A stretch of 24,000 nucleotides of DNA from Lachnospiraceae bacterium (GTDB lineage: Bacteria; Bacillota; Clostridia; Lachnospirales; Lachnospiraceae), in assembly GCA_021203205.1 (NCBI GenBank), contig JAJQBQ010000044.1:149630-173629 (forward strand), read 5' to 3'. Below are positions 8,691-16,546 of this stretch, piece by piece; positions within the stretch are counted from its first letter, which is position 1, and every line of letters starts with the position of its first letter. The notes below the pieces were generated by a model, which searched no databases, was not told the origin of the DNA, and saw only the letters and a list, made by a program, of their open reading frames with translations. Both the position numbers and the translations under genes were made by a program.

Positions 8691-8863
8691 CCCTTTATAC
8701 CCATGACAGCGGGTTATTGGTGGTGGGTCGAGGTCAAAAGTATGACAGCACAGATTGCCCCACGTTCCCGTGACCCTGGTGTCATATAAATGAAAACTCG
8801 TGGTGAAAAATTAAGTGGAGTCGCTGTAGGGCCTGGTACAGCGATTGCTCGGAGGAAACGCAA

Positions 8864-9340
8864 ATGGAACAGAAAACTCTTGCGAAATGGTTGAAGTGCA
8901 TCATCCTGGGAATCGGATTTTGCGGCATTATTTTCTATGCGCTGGTGCCTGTCTGCGGCGACGCAGCACTGGACTGGTATCCGGAATTTGCAAACCGTTA
9001 CTGGCCGTGGGTCATCTTTCTGTGGATAACGGGAGTGCCCTGCTATGTTGTGCTGGTGTTTGCCTGGAAAATCGCGGCATGTATTGGCCAAGACCGCTCG
9101 TTTTCCATGGACAACGCCAGGTATTTTAAGTGGATCTCCTATGTGGCGGCGGGAGATACCTTATTCTTCTTCTTTGGAAATGTTCTGCTGTTACTGCTTG
9201 ACATGAGTCATCCCGGAGTGATGTTAGCCCTGATGCTGGTGGTATTTATCGGCGTGGCGGTCACCGTCGCCTCGGCTGCTCTGTCGCATCTGGTGAAAAA
9301 AGCCTCGGAGCTGCAGGAACAGAGCGACCTGACGATTTGA
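8864..9340 (+). CDS. DUF2975-like four-TM membrane protein
   Basis: The RBS GGAGG is at 8852-8856. There are four hydrophobic segments. The FSMDNARYFKWIS motif and the C-terminal ...ASELQEQSDLTI tail are as I recall for DUF2975 proteins, which pair with YozG-type regulators. Confidence 0.7.
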   Translation: MEQKTLAKWLKCIILGIGFCGIIFYALVPVCGDAALDWYPEFANRYWPWVIFLWITGVPCYVVLVFAWKIAACIGQDRSFSMDNARYFKWISYVAAGDTLFFFFGNVLLLLLDMSHPGVMLALMLVVFIGVAVTVASAALSHLVKKASELQEQSDLTI

Positions 9341-9623
9341 CAGCAGGGTTCAAAAATGAAGTTAACGCGTAAGCACAGGAGTTTTGCAGAGCAGAACTTA
9401 TTTCAGAAATTTGAAGTTTACTTCCCGGATTCTGGAGTGAACGACTTTTGCGTAAGCACATAAGATCAGCGAAGCTGATCTTAGTGACATTCAGCAGAGA
9501 TGAAGTCGAATGTCGCTTAAGTATCGTTTTATGGAACTCATGTGGTTACGCATTACTGAAGAAAATGCTTTACATTTTCTTTGGAAGGATCCTGTTGAGT
9601 CACATCGTAATAGGAGGAAACTC

Positions 9624-9845
9624 ATGGAAGGCGAAATTATTTTTAATATCGATGTGATGCTCGCAAAGAGGAAGATGAGCGTGACCGAGCTGTCAGAGCG
9701 CGTCGGCATCACGATGGCGAACGTGTCGATCCTCAAAAACGGGAAGGCTAAAGCGATAAAAATATCTACGCTCTTAAAACTCTGTGAGGCGCTGGACTGC
9801 CAGCCGGGTGATTTGCTGGAATACAGGAAAGGCGGTGTGGAATGA
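9624..9845 (+). CDS. YozG-like small XRE-family HTH transcriptional regulator
   Basis: IIFNIDVMLAKRKMSVTELSERVGITMANVSILKNGKAKAIKISTLLKLCEALDCQPGDLLEY matches the family. The ATG at 9624 has AGGAGG (9612-9617) 6 nt upstream. The track's extension back to 9510 looks non-coding. Confidence 0.8.
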   Translation: MEGEIIFNIDVMLAKRKMSVTELSERVGITMANVSILKNGKAKAIKISTLLKLCEALDCQPGDLLEYRKGGVE

Positions 9846-10309
9846 GGAAACGGAAAGGCCGGATCATCGCGGTGGCAATTCTGATTTTTGCCGTGCTCCT
9901 GGGAATTGCCTGCCTGTGCAGATGGTTTTTCGATTATTCTTCTGTTTTGTATGCAAACTGGGGATTCTCCCTGCCCATAAAAGCCGGTTATTCCGAAATA
10001 TACAGCCGGAGCACCGAAGCATCCTGGCACGGTGACGGGATCCGCTACCATGTCTTTTCCTGTAAAAATACGGAACCTGTCTCTGAAATGTTTGACTGGC
10101 AGCTGACGGAAAGGGCCACGCAGGATTGTGAGAGTTATTCCGAGGCCGTGGAAAAGTGGCTTGCCGAGATTTCGGTGCCGGAGGAGGAGTACCCGGACAT
10201 GGAAGAATGCTGCTGGTGGTATCAGTCGCGGGCAGTTGGCGGCGACGAGATTCTGGTGTTATGGAATGAGAGCGAAGGGAAATTGTATATCGTGGAGTAT
10301 TTTCTGTAG
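9842..10309 (+). CDS. N-terminally anchored protein of unknown function
   Basis: An ATGA overlap with the HTH stop (9842-9845) indicates translational coupling. It has a single N-terminal TM (IIAVAILIFAVLLGIACL). Confidence 0.7.
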   Translation: MRKRKGRIIAVAILIFAVLLGIACLCRWFFDYSSVLYANWGFSLPIKAGYSEIYSRSTEASWHGDGIRYHVFSCKNTEPVSEMFDWQLTERATQDCESYSEAVEKWLAEISVPEEEYPDMEECCWWYQSRAVGGDEILVLWNESEGKLYIVEYFL

Positions 10310-10476
10310 AGATGAAAACCGGAAATATGTGCATGGCATATGGGTTAAAAGCCCGTGAAGCCGTGATGCAGGAAATTTTGAATCCCGACATTACGTGCAT
10401 AAAATGTGCATTTTTGGTTCTACAGATGAATGAGTTGTTCAAAAAGAAAGAGCTTTTTAAAACGAGGAAAAATGCT

Positions 10477-10923
10477 ATGAAAAAAATAAAACACAAGCGT
10501 CTGGTGATAACCTTTGCAGTTCTGGCAGTTCTCGTGCTTCTCGCCGCACTTTTTTGCTGGTGGAATTCACCGGAACAAATCTATGCAAGAAATAAAGAAG
10601 CATTGGAAGAAGCCGTCCAGACGATACAGAAAACAGGGAGTACAAAAGATATCGACATAGGCGGTGTTAGCAGCATTGTTTATCTGTCAGAAGCGGAGAC
10701 AAAGCATCCGGTGATCGAATTTCATACATCTTCCTTTGGCGTTATGCCGCCGGCACCGTATGTGGGCCTGTATTATTCCGTTGACGGCTGTCCGGTCGCC
10801 GATGAGTCAGGCGCAAATCTCATTGCAGACGGAGACAGCTGGCGGTGGGTCGGAACAGGGGATAATAAGGGAACGACCTGGCAGATCGAAGGAAACTGGT
10901 ATGCGTATACGGCGTGGTATTAA
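10477..10923 (+). CDS. N-terminally anchored or secreted protein of unknown function
   Basis: I prefer the ATG at 10477 (MKKIKHKRLVITFAVLAVLVLLAALF), with GAGGA 8 nt upstream. The track's extension back to 10312 has no signal-like features. Confidence 0.65.
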   Translation: MKKIKHKRLVITFAVLAVLVLLAALFCWWNSPEQIYARNKEALEEAVQTIQKTGSTKDIDIGGVSSIVYLSEAETKHPVIEFHTSSFGVMPPAPYVGLYYSVDGCPVADESGANLIADGDSWRWVGTGDNKGTTWQIEGNWYAYTAWY

Positions 10924-11301
10924 TTGCGGTTTTAATGACGAAAGAGCGGAAAATACGAAGAAAGGTGAGGGATAACCTTTGTGGTCAGCAGAGAGCATGA
11001 GCAGGCACGGACACATAAGGCAACCATGGATCGTTACACTCTTTGACTGTGACGTAAAACAGGACTTATTTATTCACAGCAATAAAAAAGCGTATTTATG
11101 TTAATTAAAAAAGCTTGCGCCAAACCATCGAATGTGTTAGGATTACCGCAGGAAGCAGGGGAAGGCACCCATAAGAAAAAACGAAATACTTCCGGGAAAT
11201 ATGCGAGCGACAATAGGAAATGAAACACGAATTTTGTTCATTTGTTTTTGCCGCTTGTGTCAGACAATCTTATATGGCATCAATGCAAGGGGGAGACACC
11301 C

Positions 11302-11991
11302 ATGGATAAAAATGTGATTGTATTTGATGAGCATGAGAACGAAATCGGGACGACCTGGCTCAAACGGGCGAGGGGGCTTGTAAAGAAAGGCAGGGCGTGC
11401 TTCGTTTCGGAAAATGCGATTCGTCTTACGTCCGTGCCGGAATATAATATGGAGGACGATAAGATGTCAAAAAATAGAATCGAACCAATGGAAAATATAG
11501 ATGCCGCCAACGAGGCTGCGGTGGAGATGAAAACCGCGGCACAGGCATCGCCAGTGAACAGCACAGAGGAAGCCGCAGGTGTTGCAGCGCCTGAAAATCG
11601 CTATACATTAGCGTATGCTTTAGAGCAGATTGCGGCAATTCAGAAGCAGAACGAAGAACTGGATGGTTTGCTCCGCGAATTCCTGGATGAGTATATTCGC
11701 GGTCGTGAGGGCGAGCAAAAGCCTGAGGGAGATAGAGCTGCTCTGGCTGCGGAGGCATTTCGGGATACGGTGAAGTGCCGTGAGACGACGAACCAGCAGC
11801 TGCTCAGGTTCTATGAAAAGATGTACGATGACCTTAGAAGTGTTTCCGCACAGGATATCCTGAATGCGAAGAAAAACATGATAGAGAAGAACCTCGATAC
11901 CATTGGCTATCTTGGCGTTAATGAATTTGACGTGAACAGAGTCATGGATATGTACAACGCGGCGCAGGATACGATCCGCAGGATGGGATAA
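11302..11991 (+). CDS. Hypothetical protein with a PLMP/RRXRR-like N-terminal motif and a helical C-terminus
   Basis: The ATG at 11302 has GGGGGAG 6 nt upstream. The N-terminus reads NVIVFDEHENEIGTTWLKRARGLVKKGRACFV. The remainder is an acidic linker followed by predicted helices. Confidence 0.65.
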   Translation: MDKNVIVFDEHENEIGTTWLKRARGLVKKGRACFVSENAIRLTSVPEYNMEDDKMSKNRIEPMENIDAANEAAVEMKTAAQASPVNSTEEAAGVAAPENRYTLAYALEQIAAIQKQNEELDGLLREFLDEYIRGREGEQKPEGDRAALAAEAFRDTVKCRETTNQQLLRFYEKMYDDLRSVSAQDILNAKKNMIEKNLDTIGYLGVNEFDVNRVMDMYNAAQDTIRRMG

Positions 11992-12027
11992 TTTGACAGC
12001 AGCATAATTGATTTTAAATTTATGGGA

Positions 12028-12052
12028 CCTGCCGCTTGCGGCAGGTTCTTTT
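12028..12052 (+). terminator. Rho-independent terminator
   Basis: The stem pairs CCTGCCG (12028-12034) with CGGCAGG (12039-12045) around the loop CTTG. It is followed by TTCTTTT. Confidence 0.75.
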
Positions 12053-12075
12053 AAACAAACGCATATTTATACAAC

Positions 12076-12110
12076 AAAAACTGGGGCAGATAATATCAGT
12101 TATCTGCCCC
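12076..12110 (-). terminator. Rho-independent terminator for minus-strand transcription
   Basis: A perfect 11-bp stem pairs GGGGCAGATAA (12083-12093) with TTATCTGCCCC (12100-12110) around a 6-nt loop. On the minus strand it is followed by AGTTTTTGTTGT. Confidence 0.7.
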
Positions 12111-12392
12111 ACAAAAATTCATGGAATAGGCAGGGTGGCAATCCTGCATCTCTTTTAAGACCACTTGGGCGTGACGGCTGCCTGTTCCGTCCTCAGATTC
12201 CATAAAAAAGTCTGTGCCTTACAAAGGTTTATTATACTTTTTTTGGCTGAATTGTCAACGGTTAATTTTTGTATTTTGCTTTTGCTTTTTGATTAGTTGT
12301 TTAATGCGTTAACATTGATTGACTCAGATACCAAAAGTTGATTTACGAATTATCCTGCGCTTCGCGCCATTTAATCTTATAAATATTATGAT

Positions 12393-12860
12393 TCAGTCAC
12401 TCAATTTATTAGTCCATTTCCAGGCACGGCCTTTCTCCAGATAATTTGTTAACTGTGCATCCATGAGAGGATACATGGTTCTGTACGATAATTTCCCAGT
12501 AACGGAAATTCGTACAACTACTGCAATGTGATCAGAAAAGTCTTTGATAAAAGAAATACTGCTATCTTTAGGGTGGATAGCCAGATAATCTGGATTCTGA
12601 ATGATATCAGGTATGCTTTCCAAAGCATTAAGGTATGCAGTATCAGACATAAAATCATTTTTATGACGCTCTGTATGAAGCAGACGGTCTTTCCAGAAAA
12701 CGATATCTGTTTCAGATGACAAAACAGATGCCAAAGAAGGAGATTTTTCTTTTAAAAAGTTTACAATATCAGAAGAAATACGTCCAATTCTAACATATTG
12801 TATGTTAGAATCAGCAAAGCTTTCTGTAGAAAACTTTTGATGAAAGCTATCTACTTGCAT
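12393..12860 (-). CDS. Putative BECR-fold (Barnase/EndoU/colicin E5-D/RelE-like, PBECR-type) nuclease domain protein
   Basis: The RBS AAGGAGGTGAT is strong. The motifs DIVFWKDRLLHTERHKNDF and IPDIIQNPDYLAI resemble my memory of PBECR-family toxin domains. The family call is tentative and the CDS call is solid. Confidence 0.45.
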   Translation of the reverse strand: MQVDSFHQKFSTESFADSNIQYVRIGRISSDIVNFLKEKSPSLASVLSSETDIVFWKDRLLHTERHKNDFMSDTAYLNALESIPDIIQNPDYLAIHPKDSSISFIKDFSDHIAVVVRISVTGKLSYRTMYPLMDAQLTNYLEKGRAWKWTNKLSD

Positions 12861-12901
12861 GTTTAATCACCTCCTTTGAGAATCGAACTAATGTTCGCGC
12901 A

Positions 12902-12930
12902 ATTGTATCATGGAAGAGTATCTATGTCAA
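12902..12930 (-). promoter_or_regulatory. Near-consensus sigma-A promoter for the BECR-like gene
   Basis: On the minus strand, TTGACA (12930-12925) is followed by a 17-bp spacer and TGaTACAAT (-10 at 12907-12902). Confidence 0.6.
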
Positions 12931-13043
12931 GGACAAGTTTTTAGAAAAGTCTTGTATTCCAAATTGAGTGTAGCCGTATACTTTCCCCTAATCCAACCAG
13001 TCAGGAGGTTTCCCGAAGTTTAAATACAAATACTATAATTTAC

Positions 13044-13071
13044 TTGACATCAATACACAAACATGTAAAAT
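13044..13071 (+). promoter_or_regulatory. Sigma-A-type promoter for the primase-helicase gene
   Basis: TTGACA (13044-13049) is followed by a 16-bp spacer and TAAAAT (13066-13071). It lies 60 nt upstream of the ATG at 13131. Confidence 0.55.
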
Positions 13072-13130
13072 TCACTTCATATCCAAAGCCACCATAAATC
13101 ACGCGCATCAGAAAGGATAAGAGGCTCCAC

Positions 13131-16100
13131 ATGAACGAAATTGAAAGTCTGAAAATACGGGTATCCCAGCTTGAGAAGGAAAATGAATATCTGCGAACTC
13201 TGTTGACAAATGCCGGAATCTCTTTCGAGTCAGAAGACAAATCAACGAAATGTGATAAATATGATCCGAACCAGGGAAGCCGTATCATTCCCAAAACGGA
13301 ATTCACTACGGATGATGCGAATGATTTTTTTGTGATGTTTCGCGGTCGGATGGATTTATACAGCAAGCGTACCGTCTCAAAAGCGAAAGGAACAGCCGAT
13401 TATTATCCCCAGTGTCATAAGATCTGGCAGGAGGGATGCCCGAAAAAAGAAGATAAGAAATTTCAGTGCAGCAAGTGCAAGTCGCCTGCATTTATCAGGT
13501 TGGGAAAGGAACAGATTTTCGCGCATCTAAAGGGTTTATCGAAAACTGCAGAGGATGTCATCGGAATCTATCCCCTTTTTCCGGATGATACGTGCCGATT
13601 GATTGTGTATGATTTTGATAACCACGAAGCGGGAGCTGATAAACATGATTTTGCAAATACGGATGATTCCTGGATGGATGAGGTGAATGCGCTTCGCGAA
13701 ATTTGCAGGGTGAACGGAATCGACGCGCTGGTGGAGCGTTCCAGATCGGGCAGAGGCGCACATGTATGGATTTTCTTTCAGGGGAAAATAGAGGCCAGCC
13801 TTGCCAGAAAGTTTGGGTTTATGCTTCTCGGAAAAGGAGCAGAGTCTGTTGATCTGAAAAATTTCAGGTATTATGATCGCATGTATCCGATGCAGGATCA
13901 TTTACCGGAGGGCGGTTTTGGAAACCTGATTGCGCTGCCGCTGCAGGGGCAGGCGCTGAAAAACGGAAACAGCGCGTTTGTTGATGAACACTGGAATGCG
14001 TATCCGGATCAGTGGGCGGTGTTGAGGTCAAAGAGAAGATTAAGCAGGGATTTTATCGAAGAAAAAATAAAGGAATGGAGTATGCAGACTTCCATTCCGT
14101 CCATTCCATTGGATGAGATATCTGAGAAAACAAATGAGAAGCCGTGGAACAAATCGAAGAGCTTTCAAATGGAAGATGTAAAAGGAGCGCTTCATATTTC
14201 ACTGGCGGATGCGGTTTATGTAAAAACATCGAACCTCACCCCCAGAATCCGTAATCAAATTCGGAGACTGGCAGCTTTTAGCAACCCGGAATTCTATAAA
14301 AATCAGGCGATGGGATTATCGAACTTTAAAAACTCCAGTTACATTTATCTGGGGGAAGATGCCGATGGGTATATCCGAATTCCCAGGGGATTGTTGGATA
14401 ATCTTAAAGAAAATTGTGAGAATGCAGGCATTCCTTACGAAATCGAAGATCATCGCTGTGCAGGGCATGATATAAAAGTAAAATTTACCGGAAATTTAAA
14501 AGAATCTCAGATCACAGCGGTTCAGGCGTTGGAAAAGTATGATACCGGAATTTTACATGCGGCCACGGCGTTTGGAAAGACAGTAGTCTCCTGTGATATG
14601 ATCGCGCGAAAACATGTAAATACGCTGATTCTATTGCAGAACTCGACACTGATGGAGCAGTGGGAAAAAGCGATAGAGAACTTTTTGGAGATTGATGAGG
14701 AACCACCGGAATATCAGACACCGAGTGGGAGAACCAGAGTTCGGAAAAGCGTGGTCGGTCGTCTGCAGGGAGCCCACGATTCTACAACGGGGATCATTGA
14801 CATTGCAATGGTTGGCTCTTTATGTAAGAAAGGGATATTCCATGAAAAGCTCAAACAATATGGAATGGTCATCCTGGATGAGTGCCATCACGCTGCTTCA
14901 GATACAATTGTGGATGTCTTACAGGAAGTACGTGCGAAATACGTGTATGGTGTAACTGCGACTCCGAACAGAGGTGACAGGCTGGAAAAGATAAATGAAA
15001 TGCTGTTGGGGAGAGTTCGCTACCGATTTACTTCGAAAGATCGCGCCAGGGAGCAGGGGATTGCACACCTGGTTGTTCCACGCTTTACCAGAGCGGTAGC
15101 CCCAAGATTTGGAAATGACAGAATGCACCCGAATGAAGCATATGAACTTTTAAGAAACAATGAGGATCGGGATGAGATGATCCTGTGTGATGTTCGAAAA
15201 TGTGTGGAAAGCGGACGGACGCCGGTCATCCTTTCAAGATATGTTGATCATTCGCGCAAATTATATGAGCGTCTGCAAGGGTGCGCAGATCGGATATTTT
15301 TACTGTCCGGCGAGAATTCTAAAAAGGAACATCGGAAAATCATAGAGCAGATGAACCGTGTGTCAGCAGACGAAAGCATGATATTGATCGGAACAGGCAA
15401 ACTGGTCGGCGAGGGATTTGATTTTCCACGATTGGACACGCTGATCATGGCAACGCCGGTATCTGGAAAAAATGTCGTGGAGCAATATGCCGGGCGTCTG
15501 AACAGAGATTATGAGGGGAAAGAGGATGTCATAATCTATGACTATGTGGACATTCATATCAGTGTGTTTGAAAAAATGTATAATAAGCGGCTGAAAGCCT
15601 ACCGACAGATTGGGTATGACATGTATACGGAAACACGAATAATGAAAGAAAAGGGTAAGAAGAAAAGCGAAGGAAAAGATGAGGGGAAAGACGAAGGTGG
15701 CAACGATAGAGAAGATGAGTCAGCACAGAGTCCCGGTGCTATCTATGATGCGGGAAATTATCTTGAAAGATACAGGCAGGATCTGTGCCGGGCTGGAAGT
15801 GAAATCATCTTGTCAAGCCCGGTAATCAGTAGCGGGAAAGTAGATGAACTCATTGAATGGCTCCAGGAAAAGCAGCAAAGCGGCGTGAAGGTTCACATCG
15901 TCACATGGAAACCGGACATGTATGGTTTCGGAGACAGCGCGTACTGGATGGAATTGCAGGAGCGAATGCGGAACGCGGGATTTGAGATGAACCTGGTTGA
16001 AGATTACTGCCTGCACTATTGTATTGTTGACAGGGAATTGGTCTGGTACGGGAGTATGAATTTCCTTGGAAAGGAAGACACAGAAGATAATCTTATGAGA

Positions 16101-16178
16101 GTGTGCAATAAAAGTATTGCGGCAGAATTGCTGGAGATGACTTTTGGAGATGGAAATTATTGGGGAGAACGGATGTGA
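13131..16178 (+). CDS. Multidomain protein: coiled coil + 4-Cys ribbon + AEP/PrimPol-like domain + SF2 DECH-box helicase + C-terminal degenerate PLD-like domain
   Basis: AEP-like motifs are LIVYDFDNHE (DxD, nt 13611-13619), ERSRSGRGAHVWIFF and GGFGNLIALPLQG. Helicase motifs are AATAFGKTV (I), ILDECHH (II, nt 14877-14888), GVTATPNR (III), GEGFDFPRLDTLIMATP (V) and QYAGRLNR (VI). The C-terminus has LHYCIVDRELVWYGSMN, an HKD-like motif with K replaced by C. Confidence 0.85.
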   Translation: MNEIESLKIRVSQLEKENEYLRTLLTNAGISFESEDKSTKCDKYDPNQGSRIIPKTEFTTDDANDFFVMFRGRMDLYSKRTVSKAKGTADYYPQCHKIWQEGCPKKEDKKFQCSKCKSPAFIRLGKEQIFAHLKGLSKTAEDVIGIYPLFPDDTCRLIVYDFDNHEAGADKHDFANTDDSWMDEVNALREICRVNGIDALVERSRSGRGAHVWIFFQGKIEASLARKFGFMLLGKGAESVDLKNFRYYDRMYPMQDHLPEGGFGNLIALPLQGQALKNGNSAFVDEHWNAYPDQWAVLRSKRRLSRDFIEEKIKEWSMQTSIPSIPLDEISEKTNEKPWNKSKSFQMEDVKGALHISLADAVYVKTSNLTPRIRNQIRRLAAFSNPEFYKNQAMGLSNFKNSSYIYLGEDADGYIRIPRGLLDNLKENCENAGIPYEIEDHRCAGHDIKVKFTGNLKESQITAVQALEKYDTGILHAATAFGKTVVSCDMIARKHVNTLILLQNSTLMEQWEKAIENFLEIDEEPPEYQTPSGRTRVRKSVVGRLQGAHDSTTGIIDIAMVGSLCKKGIFHEKLKQYGMVILDECHHAASDTIVDVLQEVRAKYVYGVTATPNRGDRLEKINEMLLGRVRYRFTSKDRAREQGIAHLVVPRFTRAVAPRFGNDRMHPNEAYELLRNNEDRDEMILCDVRKCVESGRTPVILSRYVDHSRKLYERLQGCADRIFLLSGENSKKEHRKIIEQMNRVSADESMILIGTGKLVGEGFDFPRLDTLIMATPVSGKNVVEQYAGRLNRDYEGKEDVIIYDYVDIHISVFEKMYNKRLKAYRQIGYDMYTETRIMKEKGKKKSEGKDEGKDEGGNDREDESAQSPGAIYDAGNYLERYRQDLCRAGSEIILSSPVISSGKVDELIEWLQEKQQSGVKVHIVTWKPDMYGFGDSAYWMELQERMRNAGFEMNLVEDYCLHYCIVDRELVWYGSMNFLGKEDTEDNLMRVCNKSIAAELLEMTFGDGNYWGERM

Positions 16179-16309
16179 GGAGTTAATGCAGAGTGACATG
16201 AAAGGAAAAATCAGAATTACATCTTTACTTTTTAAGAGAATGATTTTATACTGATTTTTGGGCATAGGAGTTCGCAAAATAGCGAGATGAAAGAAAGTGG
16301 GATATAAAT

Positions 16310-16519
16310 ATGACCGATAAGCAGAGAGAAATGATTGAGTACACGACACAGGATATTATCGCGTTCATTATGGAGGACAAAAACCTGAATATGGATGAGG
16401 CAATGGAGTTGTTTTATACATCTGTGACATTTGAAAAGCTTACAGATATAGAAACAGGTCTATATTTACAGGGTTCATCGTATGTCTATGAATTGTTTAA
16501 CAGGGAGCATAGGCACTGA
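16310..16519 (+). CDS. Small helical protein, tentatively DUF3791-like
   Basis: The 69-aa ORF stops 27 nt before the next gene's start. Its pattern ...DEAMELFYTSVTFEKLTDIETGLYLQGSSYVYELF loosely recalls DUF3791. The family call is weak. Confidence 0.5.
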   Translation: MTDKQREMIEYTTQDIIAFIMEDKNLNMDEAMELFYTSVTFEKLTDIETGLYLQGSSYVYELFNREHRH

Positions 16520-16546
16520 AAATCAGATAAAACGGGAGGAACGAGT

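Noticed and set aside
9335-9346. ATTTGACAGCAG lies at or just after the stop codons at 9335-9346 and 11991-12002. A variant, ATTTGACTGCTG, lies at 18335-18346.
   Set aside because: Roughly 17 identical 12-mer pairs are expected by chance in 24 kb, and the flanks are dissimilar. This is not enough to call a conserved post-gene element.
9510-9623. N-terminal extensions offered by the ORF track: 9510 for the HTH gene, 10312 for the 10477 gene, 11242 for the 11302 gene, 6419 for the 6518 gene, 2706 for the 2754 gene and 8053 for the HEPN gene.
   Set aside because: In each case an internal ATG has a much better RBS or a coupling overlap. The extension adds atypical residues ahead of the recognisable domain or signal/TM segment.
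12008-12205. A 65-aa plus-strand ORF in the 11991-12393 intergenic region.
   Set aside because: It starts at a non-ATG codon without an RBS. It runs straight through two terminator hairpins (12028-12052 and 12083-12110).
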